DNA of 63,709 nucleotides, counting the filler, from Parasitella parasitica NRRL 2501 (taxonomy: Eukaryota; Fungi; Mucoromycota): the NCBI GenBank assembly GCA_025201805.1. It is 10 parts of 10 records of this genome, joined end to end, with 100 filler letters (N's around TTAATTAATTAA, not from the genome) between each part and the next. Parts side by side here need not be neighbours in the genome. Positions count along the whole stretch, not along the records: positions 1 to 15,751 come from MU619471.1; 9 more parts are not named here. One strand, written 5' to 3'. Position numbers and translations under genes: made by a program. Under the pieces are notes generated by a model. It did not search any database and had not been told where the DNA came from. It was given only the letters and a program-made list of their open reading frames with translations. Below, piece by piece: positions 1-11,159 of this stretch (position 1 is the first letter of the stretch; each line of letters opens with the position of its first letter).

Positions 1-591
1 TGTGGGCTTCCCCGGCCTTACAAGCGTCCTAATACTTTCCTTATCTATGGTGAACCGGTTGTGATTTGCTTCCTCTGTTTGTCCCTCCTCTGCTACAATC
101 TTTTTTCTATGCACGATGCGAGGGCATCCATGTTGTCATTGACCTTCCTTAATAGCCATATGCATCCCCTCCACCACCCTGACCATCCTAGATGTCATTG
201 TTGGTCTGAGATATCTTTTGCTTCCTTTTTTTCTTTTCGGACATAGTTCCTGATCCCAACCTTTTTGTTTCCCAATGCTTGCAATAATGATCAAAAGATC
301 GAATGCAATATAGCATTTGCTTTATTAATTCTTCATTTCATATTAATAAACATCCTAAATTTTCGCCTGAGCTACACCCCCCCATCTCTTCCCGTTTTTC
401 ATCACTTTTTTCCCCGATTTCGGAAGAAAGTTTTTCCTCACTATAAAAGCGGTTTTTTCTCGACAACTAGTTCACCAAACAACACCAAATTATACCAGTA
501 GACTTGTGTTTATCTATAGTTTATTGTATATTAATTTCAGTTTTGTTGAACAACTTGCCAGTTTTTTCAAATCCTAGTAATTTTTCACAAA

Positions 592-1563
592 TTGACTACC
601 CCAATGTCTGAAGACCTGCAAAGCTTTGACATCAATCAGCTGCCTCAGCTACTCGGGCACATTCAACAACAACTTGCCTCTGTACAAAAGAAAGTCCAAG
701 AACATGATAGTCTTTTGGAGCGTATGAACAAGTTGGAACAGGAAAACCAAGCCCTAAAAAAAAATCTTTTAGACAAGGACCTGGTAATTCAAGAATTACA
801 GGGCCAACTATCACGTGGTACCATCCGTGCACTTCCCCTCAAGGGAGATCTTGATCTCCCTGCAGCTTCTCCAGTGGTACAGTCCCGAGATTCTGTTACT
901 ACTCTTCCTACCAATGCTACTCAGGATAGCTATCTCTCTGCTGCCAAAACAGGCGCTAAACGATCTGATCCTGTTCGTACTGTCAAGAGACGACTTGCTG
1001 CCGGTCGACTTTTCCAGTCTGCTGCTACCAAGGGTCAGCAAGGGTACCAGTATGTCTATATTGGTCGCTCTGGAAAGATCCAACGTTCTGAAGTTCGCTC
1101 GGCCTTTCGCAAGGTTGGCGTTGATACTGGCCGTGTTCTCGACATTTGCTTCCCTGCCTCTGGCGTTATTGGAGTTCTGTTGCACCTCCAATACGTCGAT
1201 GCTTTTCTTGCTTGCATGAAAAAGTGTGAGGCTGAAATCATTGACAATTTTGAGCCTCTAGATCCCAAGCACATTGCTGATCCTCAGTACGCCGACCTCG
1301 ATAATGAGGAACGCGAGCAACTAATCTACGAGTTTATCAACACTCGTGCTCTCGAAACTCTCTCTTTCCTTCGTCCTCTGAGTGTGAGTGGTGTTGGCAA
1401 ATACTTTGTCTCTGCTGGATGGATTTCACAAGAGGAACTGGACAAAGCTGTTTCCGAAGCAATTGGTCGTCTTGCAGTGAAGGAACCCAAGAAGGCTCAA
1501 TTTTTGTTCAAGCGCAGAAAAGCAGCTTCCGATGACGACAATGGCTCTGCTATGGAACTTTAA
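592..1563 (+). CDS. ORF1 of an L1-like non-LTR retrotransposon (coiled coil plus RRM-like region); first ATG at 604
   Basis: Intact intronless 323-codon ORF with N-terminal coiled coil (LLERMNKLEQENQALK) and RVLDICFPASGVIGVLLH segment, directly followed by an AP-endonuclease ORF. Confidence 0.8.
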   Translation: MTTPMSEDLQSFDINQLPQLLGHIQQQLASVQKKVQEHDSLLERMNKLEQENQALKKNLLDKDLVIQELQGQLSRGTIRALPLKGDLDLPAASPVVQSRDSVTTLPTNATQDSYLSAAKTGAKRSDPVRTVKRRLAAGRLFQSAATKGQQGYQYVYIGRSGKIQRSEVRSAFRKVGVDTGRVLDICFPASGVIGVLLHLQYVDAFLACMKKCEAEIIDNFEPLDPKHIADPQYADLDNEEREQLIYEFINTRALETLSFLRPLSVSGVGKYFVSAGWISQEELDKAVSEAIGRLAVKEPKKAQFLFKRRKAASDDDNGSAMEL

Positions 1564-1578
1564 TGAGTTCTATAGTCA

Positions 1579-1910
1579 ATGGTCATAATATACCCCACAA
1601 CAACCCAGTCCACTCCTTACCTGTCTCTCTCTCTCTGGAATGCCAATGGTCTACGTCAATCAGTTGTACATGATGTTCTCTCTCATGTTTTGGACATTCA
1701 TGTACTCTTGGTTACTGAAACCTGGCTTCTCTCTGGTTCTTTTCCTTCAAACTGGCAACAGTTTTACCTCTATGGCTCACAAGTACCTGGTGCTTTTGGT
1801 CGTGGCTCTGGTGGAATTACAGCCTTTGTCTCCCCTTCCTGTCTTTTCCTTGTCTCTCAACTTCCGTCCTACAACCCGCACCCTTACGATTTGTTATGTG
1901 TATCTCCCTA
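1579..1910 (+). pseudogene. Truncated LINE ORF2, AP endonuclease N-terminus
   Basis: APE motifs WNANGL and LLVTETWL; continues as TLTICYVYLP in another frame near 1880-1910 (internal deletion), then homology stops. Confidence 0.85.
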
Positions 1911-2943
1911 ATCATTAGTAACTTTGCAGATGAGTCACCACGTTTTAATGCAGAAAGAATTAGGTATCAACTCACATCTAGGAGCGATAGACTCCAGGTA
2001 AGTTGTATATGGTGACGAAGCTATATCAGAGTTAATAGATACGGCTTTGAGATTCAGTATATTGACTATATACTTTGATGCAGTCCTAGACCTAGAATTC
2101 ACCCAGTACCCAAGTTCAGGAACGTATATATGGACAGAGTTGTCATAAGTACTACTCTTGTATCCTCGGATGCCCCAAGTTTCAGTAGCTCAGCATACTC
2201 CACGCTTATTATCAATTCCAGGTTTCCAGAGCAAAAGAAATCATCCTCATATGTACCTCTATCTTGAAAAGTTCACCTCCTATTTTAAAGTATCTAGGCA
2301 TTTCTTATCGATACGCTTTGGTAATTTATTAATAACATACATGAGTGACTCTTAATTGAAGACATTATGTCGGGATGTATATCTGTGTGGACAGGCTTAC
2401 CTGCCTACTCCAGGTACTGCCAACAATAATTAAACTCTTAGGTGCATGGAAGTGGGTAGTTACGTATGATTTCAGAAAGATACTAGAGAATTCAACCATT
2501 TTTTATAAGATGCTCTTAGCACTTGGCTTCTTACCTCTGAACAGGATACTACAATTCTATTAAGCGTGACTTTAATGGCTTTTTTGCGTTTATAATATAC
2601 TAAATGCAAATGATTAGTATTCAATAAGTTTCAGAAACAAAGAAATTTATAGTTGTTAGATTCAGTGCCTTCTATCTGTTTCCTACACTGAAAAATATTT
2701 ACCTAGAATATGGAAAAAACGAGCTAAAAAAAATTGAGTTTGGCACGTAAATAAGCAAAACTTTGACGAAATATACTTTGACCCTTTCGTTTACAAATAA
2801 ATTGAATGTGAACACGTTGTACTTCAAAGCATATCAAGTTTTATTAGGCTTTTGATTGAAATAGAACAATAATGCTAACATTAAAACTCCAAACTCAGAG
2901 ATATAGATTTCTCAATATAGTAATAAAACAACGCGCGGCCAAT

Positions 2944-3357
2944 TGTTGGGTTAAAAAAAGATAATAAAAAACCAAATGTTAACGAGATACAAAAACTTAA
3001 AGATACTTTATTAAAGATCGAAATTGCATCTGCTATTTATACTTTCTACAACTAAATAAACTAATGGTGACTTATTTAGATTACTAATTGACAAGACTAA
3101 TTCACAGTGACAATCTACTTGACAGGGCACGATATGAGGTTATACAACAAGGGCTACACGTCTTTGATCTGACAGTGTCTTAACCTTATTATTCTGGTGC
3201 TCACATCTGTGTTACTTACGGGAATAACCTTCTTGATTTGAAACAGAGACTTTATTCTCCAATTTACACAAGCGTATCACATCACATCATTGGACAATCT
3301 TCAATCTTCAATTGAAGTACATTGTCATGATCTCCTGTCTATAATTATGGCAGATCA
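2944..3357 (-). mobile_element. LTR family A copy (TG...CA), no TSD
   Basis: Reverse complement closely matches 4623-5032 over ~410 bp; flanks CCAAT/GTTAT differ. Confidence 0.85.
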
Positions 3358-4489
3358 GTTATGTAACAGCAGAGCACTGACATCCCCTATGGTACCACAT
3401 CTTTGATGCGTTAGGTAGAGAAAGATTCTTTCTTTTAGCTTTTATTGAAATATCAAATAAACAAGTGTAAATACACTTCTAATATTTAAAGATGACTTAT
3501 ATACTGTATAATCTTCAAATATATTTATTTGCGCAAAATTATCAACATGTCAGCAACAATATTCAATACCAATCGGATAAGAATACTCTCCATGTTTTAT
3601 CCATGTCCTTGCTAATTTTCTCATGATTAGATACCCACAGAACATAGAAGCTTGTTGGTGACAGCACTTGAGTTAATTTGGACAGTTCAAATAATACGGT
3701 ATGTTATATGTCAGCTTATAAAATCGAAAAAAATTAAATTGTGCATTAAACACCCTATTGTCATATTGTTTTGGAATACGATGTATGCTTTGTGCCTTTA
3801 GATGGTTCATGAAACTCTGTCTTTGTGCACAGATACTTTTTTTTTTCGATAAAAGGTCTGGAATTAGTATAAAATATTTTACAGAGTAAAGATCACACTT
3901 TAAGATTGATAATGTATGAGTTTTTCACAATTTTAGTAGAATTTATACTCTTTCTTGCCAATTCAAATGCTCAGAACTGCACGAAATTGTTTCTCGGAGC
4001 TTGTACTTGCTATCTAACGCATTTCCACCAAAAAAATAGCTGACGAAAAAATCATTGATTTTCAAAGAATTTTCATGAGGGACCATAAGGAAAAATAGAA
4101 AGAAAACACAGTATCTTCAATTTGGCCTCAAAAATGCAAGTTTCTTCTATGCTATATACTAGAAAAAAACATTCAATTAAACAAGAATTTTGACAAACGG
4201 CCACCATTTGAAGCATTTATTATTCAAAATGTCAAATTTTAGCCAAAAACCGCATTTTTAGTTACATGCGAATTACTCAATATTTTAATAAAAATAATTA
4301 ATAAAAATACACACCAGAAAATGCAGAAATTTACGCTCTGCAAATCGACTTAAACTATAAATGTATGTTGTTTTAATACTTTGTAGAGGTATTTATCAAA
4401 AAGCTTTAGATATGTTTAAAATTCACAAGAAAATTCTTTCTTTTTAATTTTGTGCCTTACTATTACGAAGCCCGATTTTGGATTTACTC

Positions 4490-5356
4490 GGCACTACAAA
4501 ATCCTCAGCCTTCTTTTTTAAAATCCAGCTACAGAAAAACTAGCTAGTCAAGTTTACAATGACGTTCTCAACGACAGCATTTTCCCCCCATCCTGGTTAA
4601 TCATGTGTATGGTTTTACTTCCTGATCTGCCATAATTATAGACAGAAGATCATGACAATGTACTTCAATTGAAGATTGAAGATTGTCCAATGATGTGATG
4701 TGATACGCTTGTGTAAATTGGAGAATAAAGTCTCTGTTTCAAATCAAGAAGGTTATTCCTGTAAGTAACACAGATCTGAGCACCAGGATAAAGGTTAAGG
4801 CTCTGTCAGATCAAAGACGTGTAGCCCTTGCTGTATAACCTCATATCGTACCTTGTCAAGTAGATTGTCACTGTGAATTAGTCTTGTCAATTAGTAATCT
4901 AAATAAGTCACCATAAATTTATGTAGTTGTCAAAAGTATAAATAGCAGATGCAATTTCGATCTTAAATAAAGTATCTTTAGTTTTCGTATCTCGTTAACC
5001 TTTGGTTTTTTTATTATCTTTTTGATCCAACACTTCCCAAGAAGGGCGACTTATCCTTACTGCAAAATTGACGACCAATCAATCCGGACGCCAAGATCTA
5101 CACTCAACTAATCCATGCTCGACTCATGTTTTCTTTGAACAAATGTCTCTCAACTAAACAAACGGGATTCGTGCCCTGGCGTACTATAGGAGAGCAAGGC
5201 ATATGCTTATCTAATGCCTTCCGGAAATTGAAATTCAATCCCTATCCAACTGCATAGCTCTTCTCCTTGACCAACAAAAAGCCTACGACCGAATTCACTT
5301 CGACTACCTACAAGAAAGCATGATTAAGTTCAACATCCCAAGCTCTTTCATCCATT
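4490..5356 (+). pseudogene. Degenerate L1-like reverse transcriptase fragment interrupted by a solo LTR
   Basis: Reads QVYNDVLNDSIFPPSWLIMCMVLLP^KKGDLSLLQN*RPI..DAKIYTQL..QTGFVP..LLLDQQKAYDRIHFDYL across the LTR insertion. Confidence 0.88.
4623..5032 (+). mobile_element. Solo LTR family A with 5-bp TSD CTTCC
   Basis: TGATCTGCC...TCCAACA; CTTCC at 4618-4622 and 5033-5037; internal TATAAATA then AATAAA. Confidence 0.93.
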
Positions 5357-5363
5357 ATTATAT

Positions 5364-5681
5364 TGATATGTATAAATAACTGCTATACAAAAATGTATAA
5401 TTATGAATTGACAAATAATATGTTTGGCGACTGTAAAAACAAAGAGATACTAGTCAATAATATAAAGTTCGTATAAAAGGACTAGTTCTCTGTAATATAA
5501 ATAAATATACACTGGAGAGGAATGTATGTAAAGTAATGTAAAGTTAAGTTTACGAGAAAAAAAGGTTATTTATTATCAATGTTGACATATGCAAAGCATA
5601 TGCAATTTGCAGGAAGATCGATCAATTAATATATAAAGATGTGTAACCAAAAATGTACACTACAGCTACTTGCGCATATCA
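5364..5681 (+). mobile_element. Solo LTR-like family C (~310 bp, TGATAT...ATATCA)
   Basis: Inverted homolog of 6172-6480; flanks ATAT/GTAT (3/4 TSD); TATAAAAG and AATAAA inside. Confidence 0.75.
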
Positions 5682-5775
5682 GTATTCTATGGATACAACA
5701 GGCAGAGTTTGCTCTTGAGAGGGCTACAAATAGCTGGCGTCCTAAAACAACAGCAGCTTTTGTCAATAATCGGCC

Positions 5776-6543
5776 TTGTGCCAGTGTAAAAGGGCGCAGA
5801 GAAATTTTGTGTGAATTTTGTATGAAAGAAGTAAGAATTTCCTGCTGAATGAAACCGGATATAAAACTGAAGACTTTTATGAACATAAAATATGTATCTA
5901 TTTATACTAGAATATATCCAATCAATGTTTAACCACAGAGCATCTTCTGATATTTGACAAGAGGTCTCAAACCTTATTAAATCACAGTATTTGCAAGACA
6001 GACCTCTTCTTCTATTTTACAATAATGAGAAGAATAGGTAGGATTTCTTCGCGACATCCCGCCATCTGCTCTTGATATAATCTTTGAAAAAATCCAGAAC
6101 CTTGCGAGAGGTTCAATTACGACTTGTAGCTTTTTCCTTATTTGTAAAAGAATTACCATCAATTAATATCATGATATGTGCAAGTAGCTGTAGTGTACAT
6201 TTTTGGTTACACATCTTTATATATTAATTGATCGATCTTCCTGCAAATTGCATATGTCAACATTGATAATAAATAACCTTTTTTTCTCGTAAACTTAACT
6301 TTACATTATTTTACATACATTCCTCTCCAGTGTATATTTATTTATATTACAGAGAACTAGTCCTTTTATACGAACCATATATTATTGAATAGTATCTCTT
6401 TGTTTTTACAGTCGGCAAACATACTATCTGTCAATTTATAACTATATATATTTTTGTATAGCAACTATTCGTATATATCAATCATAATGCTACAATGTAA
6501 CTCTGCTAGATATGACCTATTTAGCCTCTATATTGATTCAACA
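5776..6543 (-). mobile_element. Diverged LTR family B copy containing a nested family C LTR
   Basis: 5776-6171 plus 6481-6543 align to 59576-60032; ends TTCAACA; left terminus eroded. Confidence 0.82.
6172..6480 (-). mobile_element. Solo LTR-like family C with 4-bp TSD ATCA
   Basis: TGATATGTG...ATATATCA flanked by ATCA (6168-6171 and 6481-6484); host LTR B resumes afterwards. Confidence 0.85.
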
Positions 6544-7507
6544 AACGAGACTTTGACGGGGAATTTTCTTCTGGTCAAAATAAACGGCAAGGTATCTGGT
6601 AAGGTTTAAAGAGTCTTGAAATGAGCTCTATTGCACCAGGGCTACCTAACATTTTTACTTTTAAAACATGCAGTCCTGTTTTAAGCATCACCAGCTTTGT
6701 ATCGTTGCATGAATCCTTTTCACGAATTCGGTTTCCTGGTCGAATCACAGAAAGACCAATTTTAACTCCAGAGAGAAGAATTCCTGAGGTTGACAGGGTT
6801 TGGAGATATCCTGATGATGGCTGTTTCTCCAACTCTGAACCGCTAAAGTTAGACTGAATGGTATTAGTAGTGAGGAAACGCAGATCTTTTCACCTACAAC
6901 AAAGTCCATAATTTTCTTGTTAATGGCTACAAATATGTTTTTTGAGCATATATAGTTCTTTATTAAGTCTTGCTGTAAAAATTTCCTGCAGGAGGGCAAG
7001 TTTATTTTTTCTTCTTTTGAACAAAAAATAATCATGACTAAATTCAACCAAAACAAGCAATCGACACATTAGGTTGGCCTTCTGGCCCTGCTCTTTCAAA
7101 TATCTCCTCGATTATGTCATATAATGAGAAAAAGTAAAACTGCTTGAACCGCACATTGTTTATCAATCTATCTAGATTAAAGTCAGAAAAAAAGCAATAT
7201 GTTGTTTTGACATTATACTCTGGACGATATTTAACTAGTTGATAGCTTACCCAAGTTAAAATTCACTGCATACAGATAAATCGCAATTGCACGCAAACTC
7301 TCCAATGGCAATGTCGCTTAGCCTGTGGAACCATCATTTTGCTTTGGTCATCAAACAAAGGAAGTCTCAGCAGAGGCGCGGAAAAAAGAGACAAAATTTT
7401 TTTCAAAGTTTTACTCTTTTTTGTTTTATTTCACCATTTTAACAATCGCGAACAATGATATCAACAATTATTTGTTTCTTTTTTTATTGGCACTTTTGGC
7501 GCCTTAC

Positions 7508-9938
7508 AATGCCTTACCCTCCTCCTTTCCGGCTTTCGGATGGAGCCACTGGACCCTTCANNNNNNNNNNNNNNNNNNNNNNNNNNNNNNNNNNNNNNNN
7601 NNNNNNNNNNNNNNNNNNNNNNNNNNNNNNNNNNNNNNNNNNNNNNNNNNNNNNNNNNNNNNNNNNNNNNNNNNNNNNNNNNNNNNNNNNNNNNNNNNNN
7701 NNNNNNNNNNNNNNNNNNNNNNNNNNNNNNNNNNNNNNNNNNNNNNNNNNNNNNNNNNNNNNNNNNNNNNNNNNNNNNNNNNNNNNNNNNNNNNNNNNNN
7801 NNNNNNNNNNNNNNNNNNNNNNNNNNNNNNNNNNNNNNNNNNNNNNNNNNNNNNNNNNNNNNNNNNNNNNNNNNNNNNNNNNNNNNNNNNNNNNNNNNNN
7901 NNNNNNNNNNNNNNNNNNNNNNNNNNNNNNNNNNNNNNNNNNNNNNNNNNNNNNNNNNNNNNNNNNNNNNNNNNNNNNNNNNNNNNNNNNNNNNNNNNNN
8001 NNNNNNNNNNNNNNNNNNNNNNNNNNNNNNNNNNNNNNNNNNNNNNNNNNNNNNNNNNNNNNNNNNNNNNNNNNNNNNNNNNNNNNNNNNNNNNNNNNNN
8101 NNNNNNNNNNNNNNNNNNNNNNNNNNNNNNNNNNNNNNNNNNNNNNNNNNNNNNNNNNNNNNNNNNNNNNNNNNNNNNNNNNNNNNNNNNNNNNNNNNNN
8201 NNNNNNNNNNNNNNNNNNNNNNNNNNNNNNNNNNNNNNNNNNNNNNNNNNNNNNNNNNNNNNNNNNNNNNNNNNNNNNNNNNNNNNNNNNNNNNNNNNNN
8301 NNNNNNNNNNNNNNNNNNNNNNNNNNNNNNNNNNNNNNNNNNNNNNNNNNNNNNNNNNNNNNNNNNNNNNNTGCCTGCTGCTTCTGTCTTGCCTGCTGCT
8401 CCTGCTGCTGATGTGTTGCCCCCGGATGAGGACGCTGTGATGCTGTCACCGGGTGTGCTCTCTCTTGCTGCTGCCATGTTCTCTATTGAGGACATTGACA
8501 TGTTATGTCTTGGTGTTGAGATGTTGTCTCTTGAGGATTTTAAAATGTTGCCTCCCACCGGTATTTTGATGGACGTTGAGATCTTGCCTGAGGCTGATTG
8601 CTTGGATTTGGTGCTGTTGTTTCCTGGTAGTCGTGGCTTTGGTTTTGCACGGGCTGGTCGAGGAGCTGCTAGAGGTACATTTAATGTACCTCGCTTGCCA
8701 ACTCCCAGCCGTGTAAACAAGCCAGCTCGACATACTGCTGCTCGTCGTCTTCGCTATACCGCTAGGAAACTCCTCGCAAAGCTGAATGCTGCGCGTATCA
8801 AGGCCCCCGCCAGAGGTAATTGCTGGTTTTCTTCTGTTGGTGTCCCTCGCGCAGTGGCTGTCGCTAGCCATGCTGCTGCCTCTTGTCATGCGGTTGTTTC
8901 TCGGCTTTCTGCTGGTGTTGCTGCCTCGCAGCCATTTGCTGTTCCTCGCCCCGTGGCTGTCCCTAACCCTGCTGCAATCTCTTGTGGTATGGTTGTTTCT
9001 GGCCCTTCTGCTGCTGCCTCGCGACGAATTGCTGTCCCTCGTCCAGCTGCTGCCCGTCGCCCTGCTGCTTCTCCTGCCTCTGTTGCTGCTCCTTCTCTCG
9101 CCTCTGCTGCTATTGTCTCTCGCCCTGTGGTTGTTTCTGGCCCTTCTGCTGGTGTTGGTGTCTCTGNNNNNNNNNNNNNNNNNNNNNNNNNNNNNNNNNN
9201 NNNNNNNNNNNNNNNNNNNNNNNNNNNNNNNNNNNNNNNNNNNNNNNNNNNNNNNNNNNNNNNNNNNNNNNNNNNNNNNNNNNNNNNNNNNNNNNNNNNN
9301 NNNNNNNNNNNNNNNNNNNNNNNNNNNNNNNNNNNNNNNNNNNNNNNNNNNNNNNNNNNNNNNNNNNNNNNNNNNNNNNNNNNNNNNNNNNNNNNNNNNN
9401 NNNNNNNNNNNNNNNNNNNNNNNNNNNNNNNNNNNNNNNNNNNNNNNNNNNNNNNNNNNNNNNNNNNNNNNNNNNNNNNNNNNNNNNNNNNNNNNNNNNN
9501 NNNNNNTCAGCTGCTTCCCGTCGCCCTGCTGTTGCTCCTGCCTCTGCTGCTGTTGTCTCTCGCCCTGTGGTTGTTTCAGGCCCTTCTGCTGGTGTTGGTG
9601 TTTCTGCTGCTGCCTCGCGACGGATTGCTGTCCCTCGTTCAGCTGCTGCCCGTCGCCCTGCTGCTGCTCCTGCTTCTGTTGCGACTCTTTCTCTTGCCTC
9701 TGCTGCAGTTGTCCCTCGCCCTGTGTTTGTTTCTGGCCCTTCTGCTGTTGTTGGTGTCTCTGTTCCTGCTCCGCGGCCTAAAACTGTCCCTTGTTTCTTC
9801 ACTCCGGAGCGCCTGGCTGATTCCCCTGCAACAAGGACTGACCTTGCAGTTGTTCACAGCTCCTCAACTGATTCTCTTGTGGCTATGGGGATGTCAAAAC
9901 CTCCTGCTATCCCTCATTTTTTTGCTTGCCCCAAATGA
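7508..9938 (+). CDS. Hypothetical Ala/Pro/Ser/Val/Arg-rich repeat protein (two sequencing gaps; start uncertain)
   Basis: Open frames 8373-9166 and 9507-9938 with strong T-ending codon bias (GCT/CCT/GTT/TCT), ~50-aa repeats, stop TGA 9936-9938 followed by U-rich tract and AATAAA. Confidence 0.55.
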
Positions 9939-10329
9939 ATGAGAAAAATTGCTTTTTTTATATATTTGTTTCTTTTTTTTTTTTAATAAAATTTGTTTTA
10001 TGTTTTTAAAACATGTGAATGGAGATTTTATTCATTTAAGATTAGCATAGAATATGCATATCCAGATCTGATGCAGCTCTGACCAGTTTTCAGATTTTGC
10101 TATGTTTGAATCCAAAACCTCAGATTGGTTTTTCATTTTTCAGCGTTATGACAACCAACGATGTGATTTTTAGGTACAAATTTTGGGACCAAACTAACAA
10201 TTTATTATAATAATAGTACCGGTAGTATCAATGTGCCTCTTACTCTGTTCCCTAATCGTAGACTTTTATCTTTGTTTTGGAGATAATTTTTGCTTATTTT
10301 TAGCTAATGATCCTATAATAAGTAATACA

Positions 10330-11159
10330 TTTTAAATGTACAACCATATCCAAGTATCCAAGTAGTAGACTTTCCAAATATTTTTTTTTGTACATCTACG
10401 GGTTGAGTATATAGGTTAAGACGTGCTTAAATTATGGTTGTTTTTATAGGCTTGTATTAGTCCTTATTTTTCCAGTTTTATCACTGGAGACTCAACTAGA
10501 TAATAAGTAGTTGCAAGGGATTTGTTATGCGCAATTTAGTAGCTTGGTTGTAGGCCCTGAGGAAATCTGCAGAGCGTCGAACTCGCGAACAGAAATGAAG
10601 TAGATGAGAATATCATCTGCATAGAGGTGAGATTAACTTCGCGCTGGTAAGAAAGATAGTATAGGTTATATAGCGCTTTGTTGTATCGAATACCGACTTA
10701 TTTGCTTGTTAACAATAATGGATTGTAAGACGGGCTCAGTGACAAAGCTGAACAATAGAGGCGAGATAAAATCCTCTTGTCCCAAGCCTCGTCGTTGAGA
10801 CACTGCTTTAGGTAGTTATCCATTAATGCTCACAAACATCTGATTATTATTAAAGAAGAGATGTGAATACATCGAAGGAAAGTTGGAGGGAATCCAAATT
10901 TCTGCAGCACTCTGCTGGTCAAATAGGTCGAGTGGTTCAAATCGTATGGTTTAGTTCGATCAAATATAATGCCCACATACATATTCAGTGTCGGTATACA
11001 GTTTTAATAGTTTTTTTTTTGGGCATCCTCTATAATCAGCTTGCTGTTTAGCCCATGGTCCGCGATCAATTGATTGTGCAGAAATTCAGCCTTGAAGTCA
11101 GTGAGGTCGCCTTTTTTTGGGAATCAGGGCAGTGCAAGCCTGTTACCAAGACAAGGTGT
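10330..11159 (-). pseudogene. Degenerate L1-like reverse transcriptase
   Basis: Minus strand: SW*QACTALIPKK(G)DLTD, QKFGFP, QRRGLGQEDFISPLLFSFVTEP, YADDILIY. Confidence 0.82.

Larger units (their letters stand above)
5682..7060 (-). pseudogene. Helitron/Pif1-type helicase C-terminal relic, split by nested LTRs
   Basis: Minus-strand fragments AINKKIMDFVVGEKI, YLQTLSTSG, CNDTKLVMLKTGLHVLKVK, LPFILTRRKFPVKVSF (ends 6544) and, beyond the LTR, GRQLFVALSRA (motif VI-like, ~5710-5745). Confidence 0.8.

Noticed and set aside
2000-2150. ELIDTALRFSIL as a retroviral protease relic
   Set aside because: DTG is not intact and no adjacent gag or RT motifs were recognised.
5364-6480. A single TIR/foldback transposon with 310-bp arms
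   Set aside because: The right arm has its own TSD and the host LTR B continues on both sides, so these are two separate insertions.
7325-9942. Long X-filled ORFs, including Leu-rich and Cys-rich alternative frames
   Set aside because: Artefacts of N gaps and of GCT/CCT/GTT repeats read off-frame.
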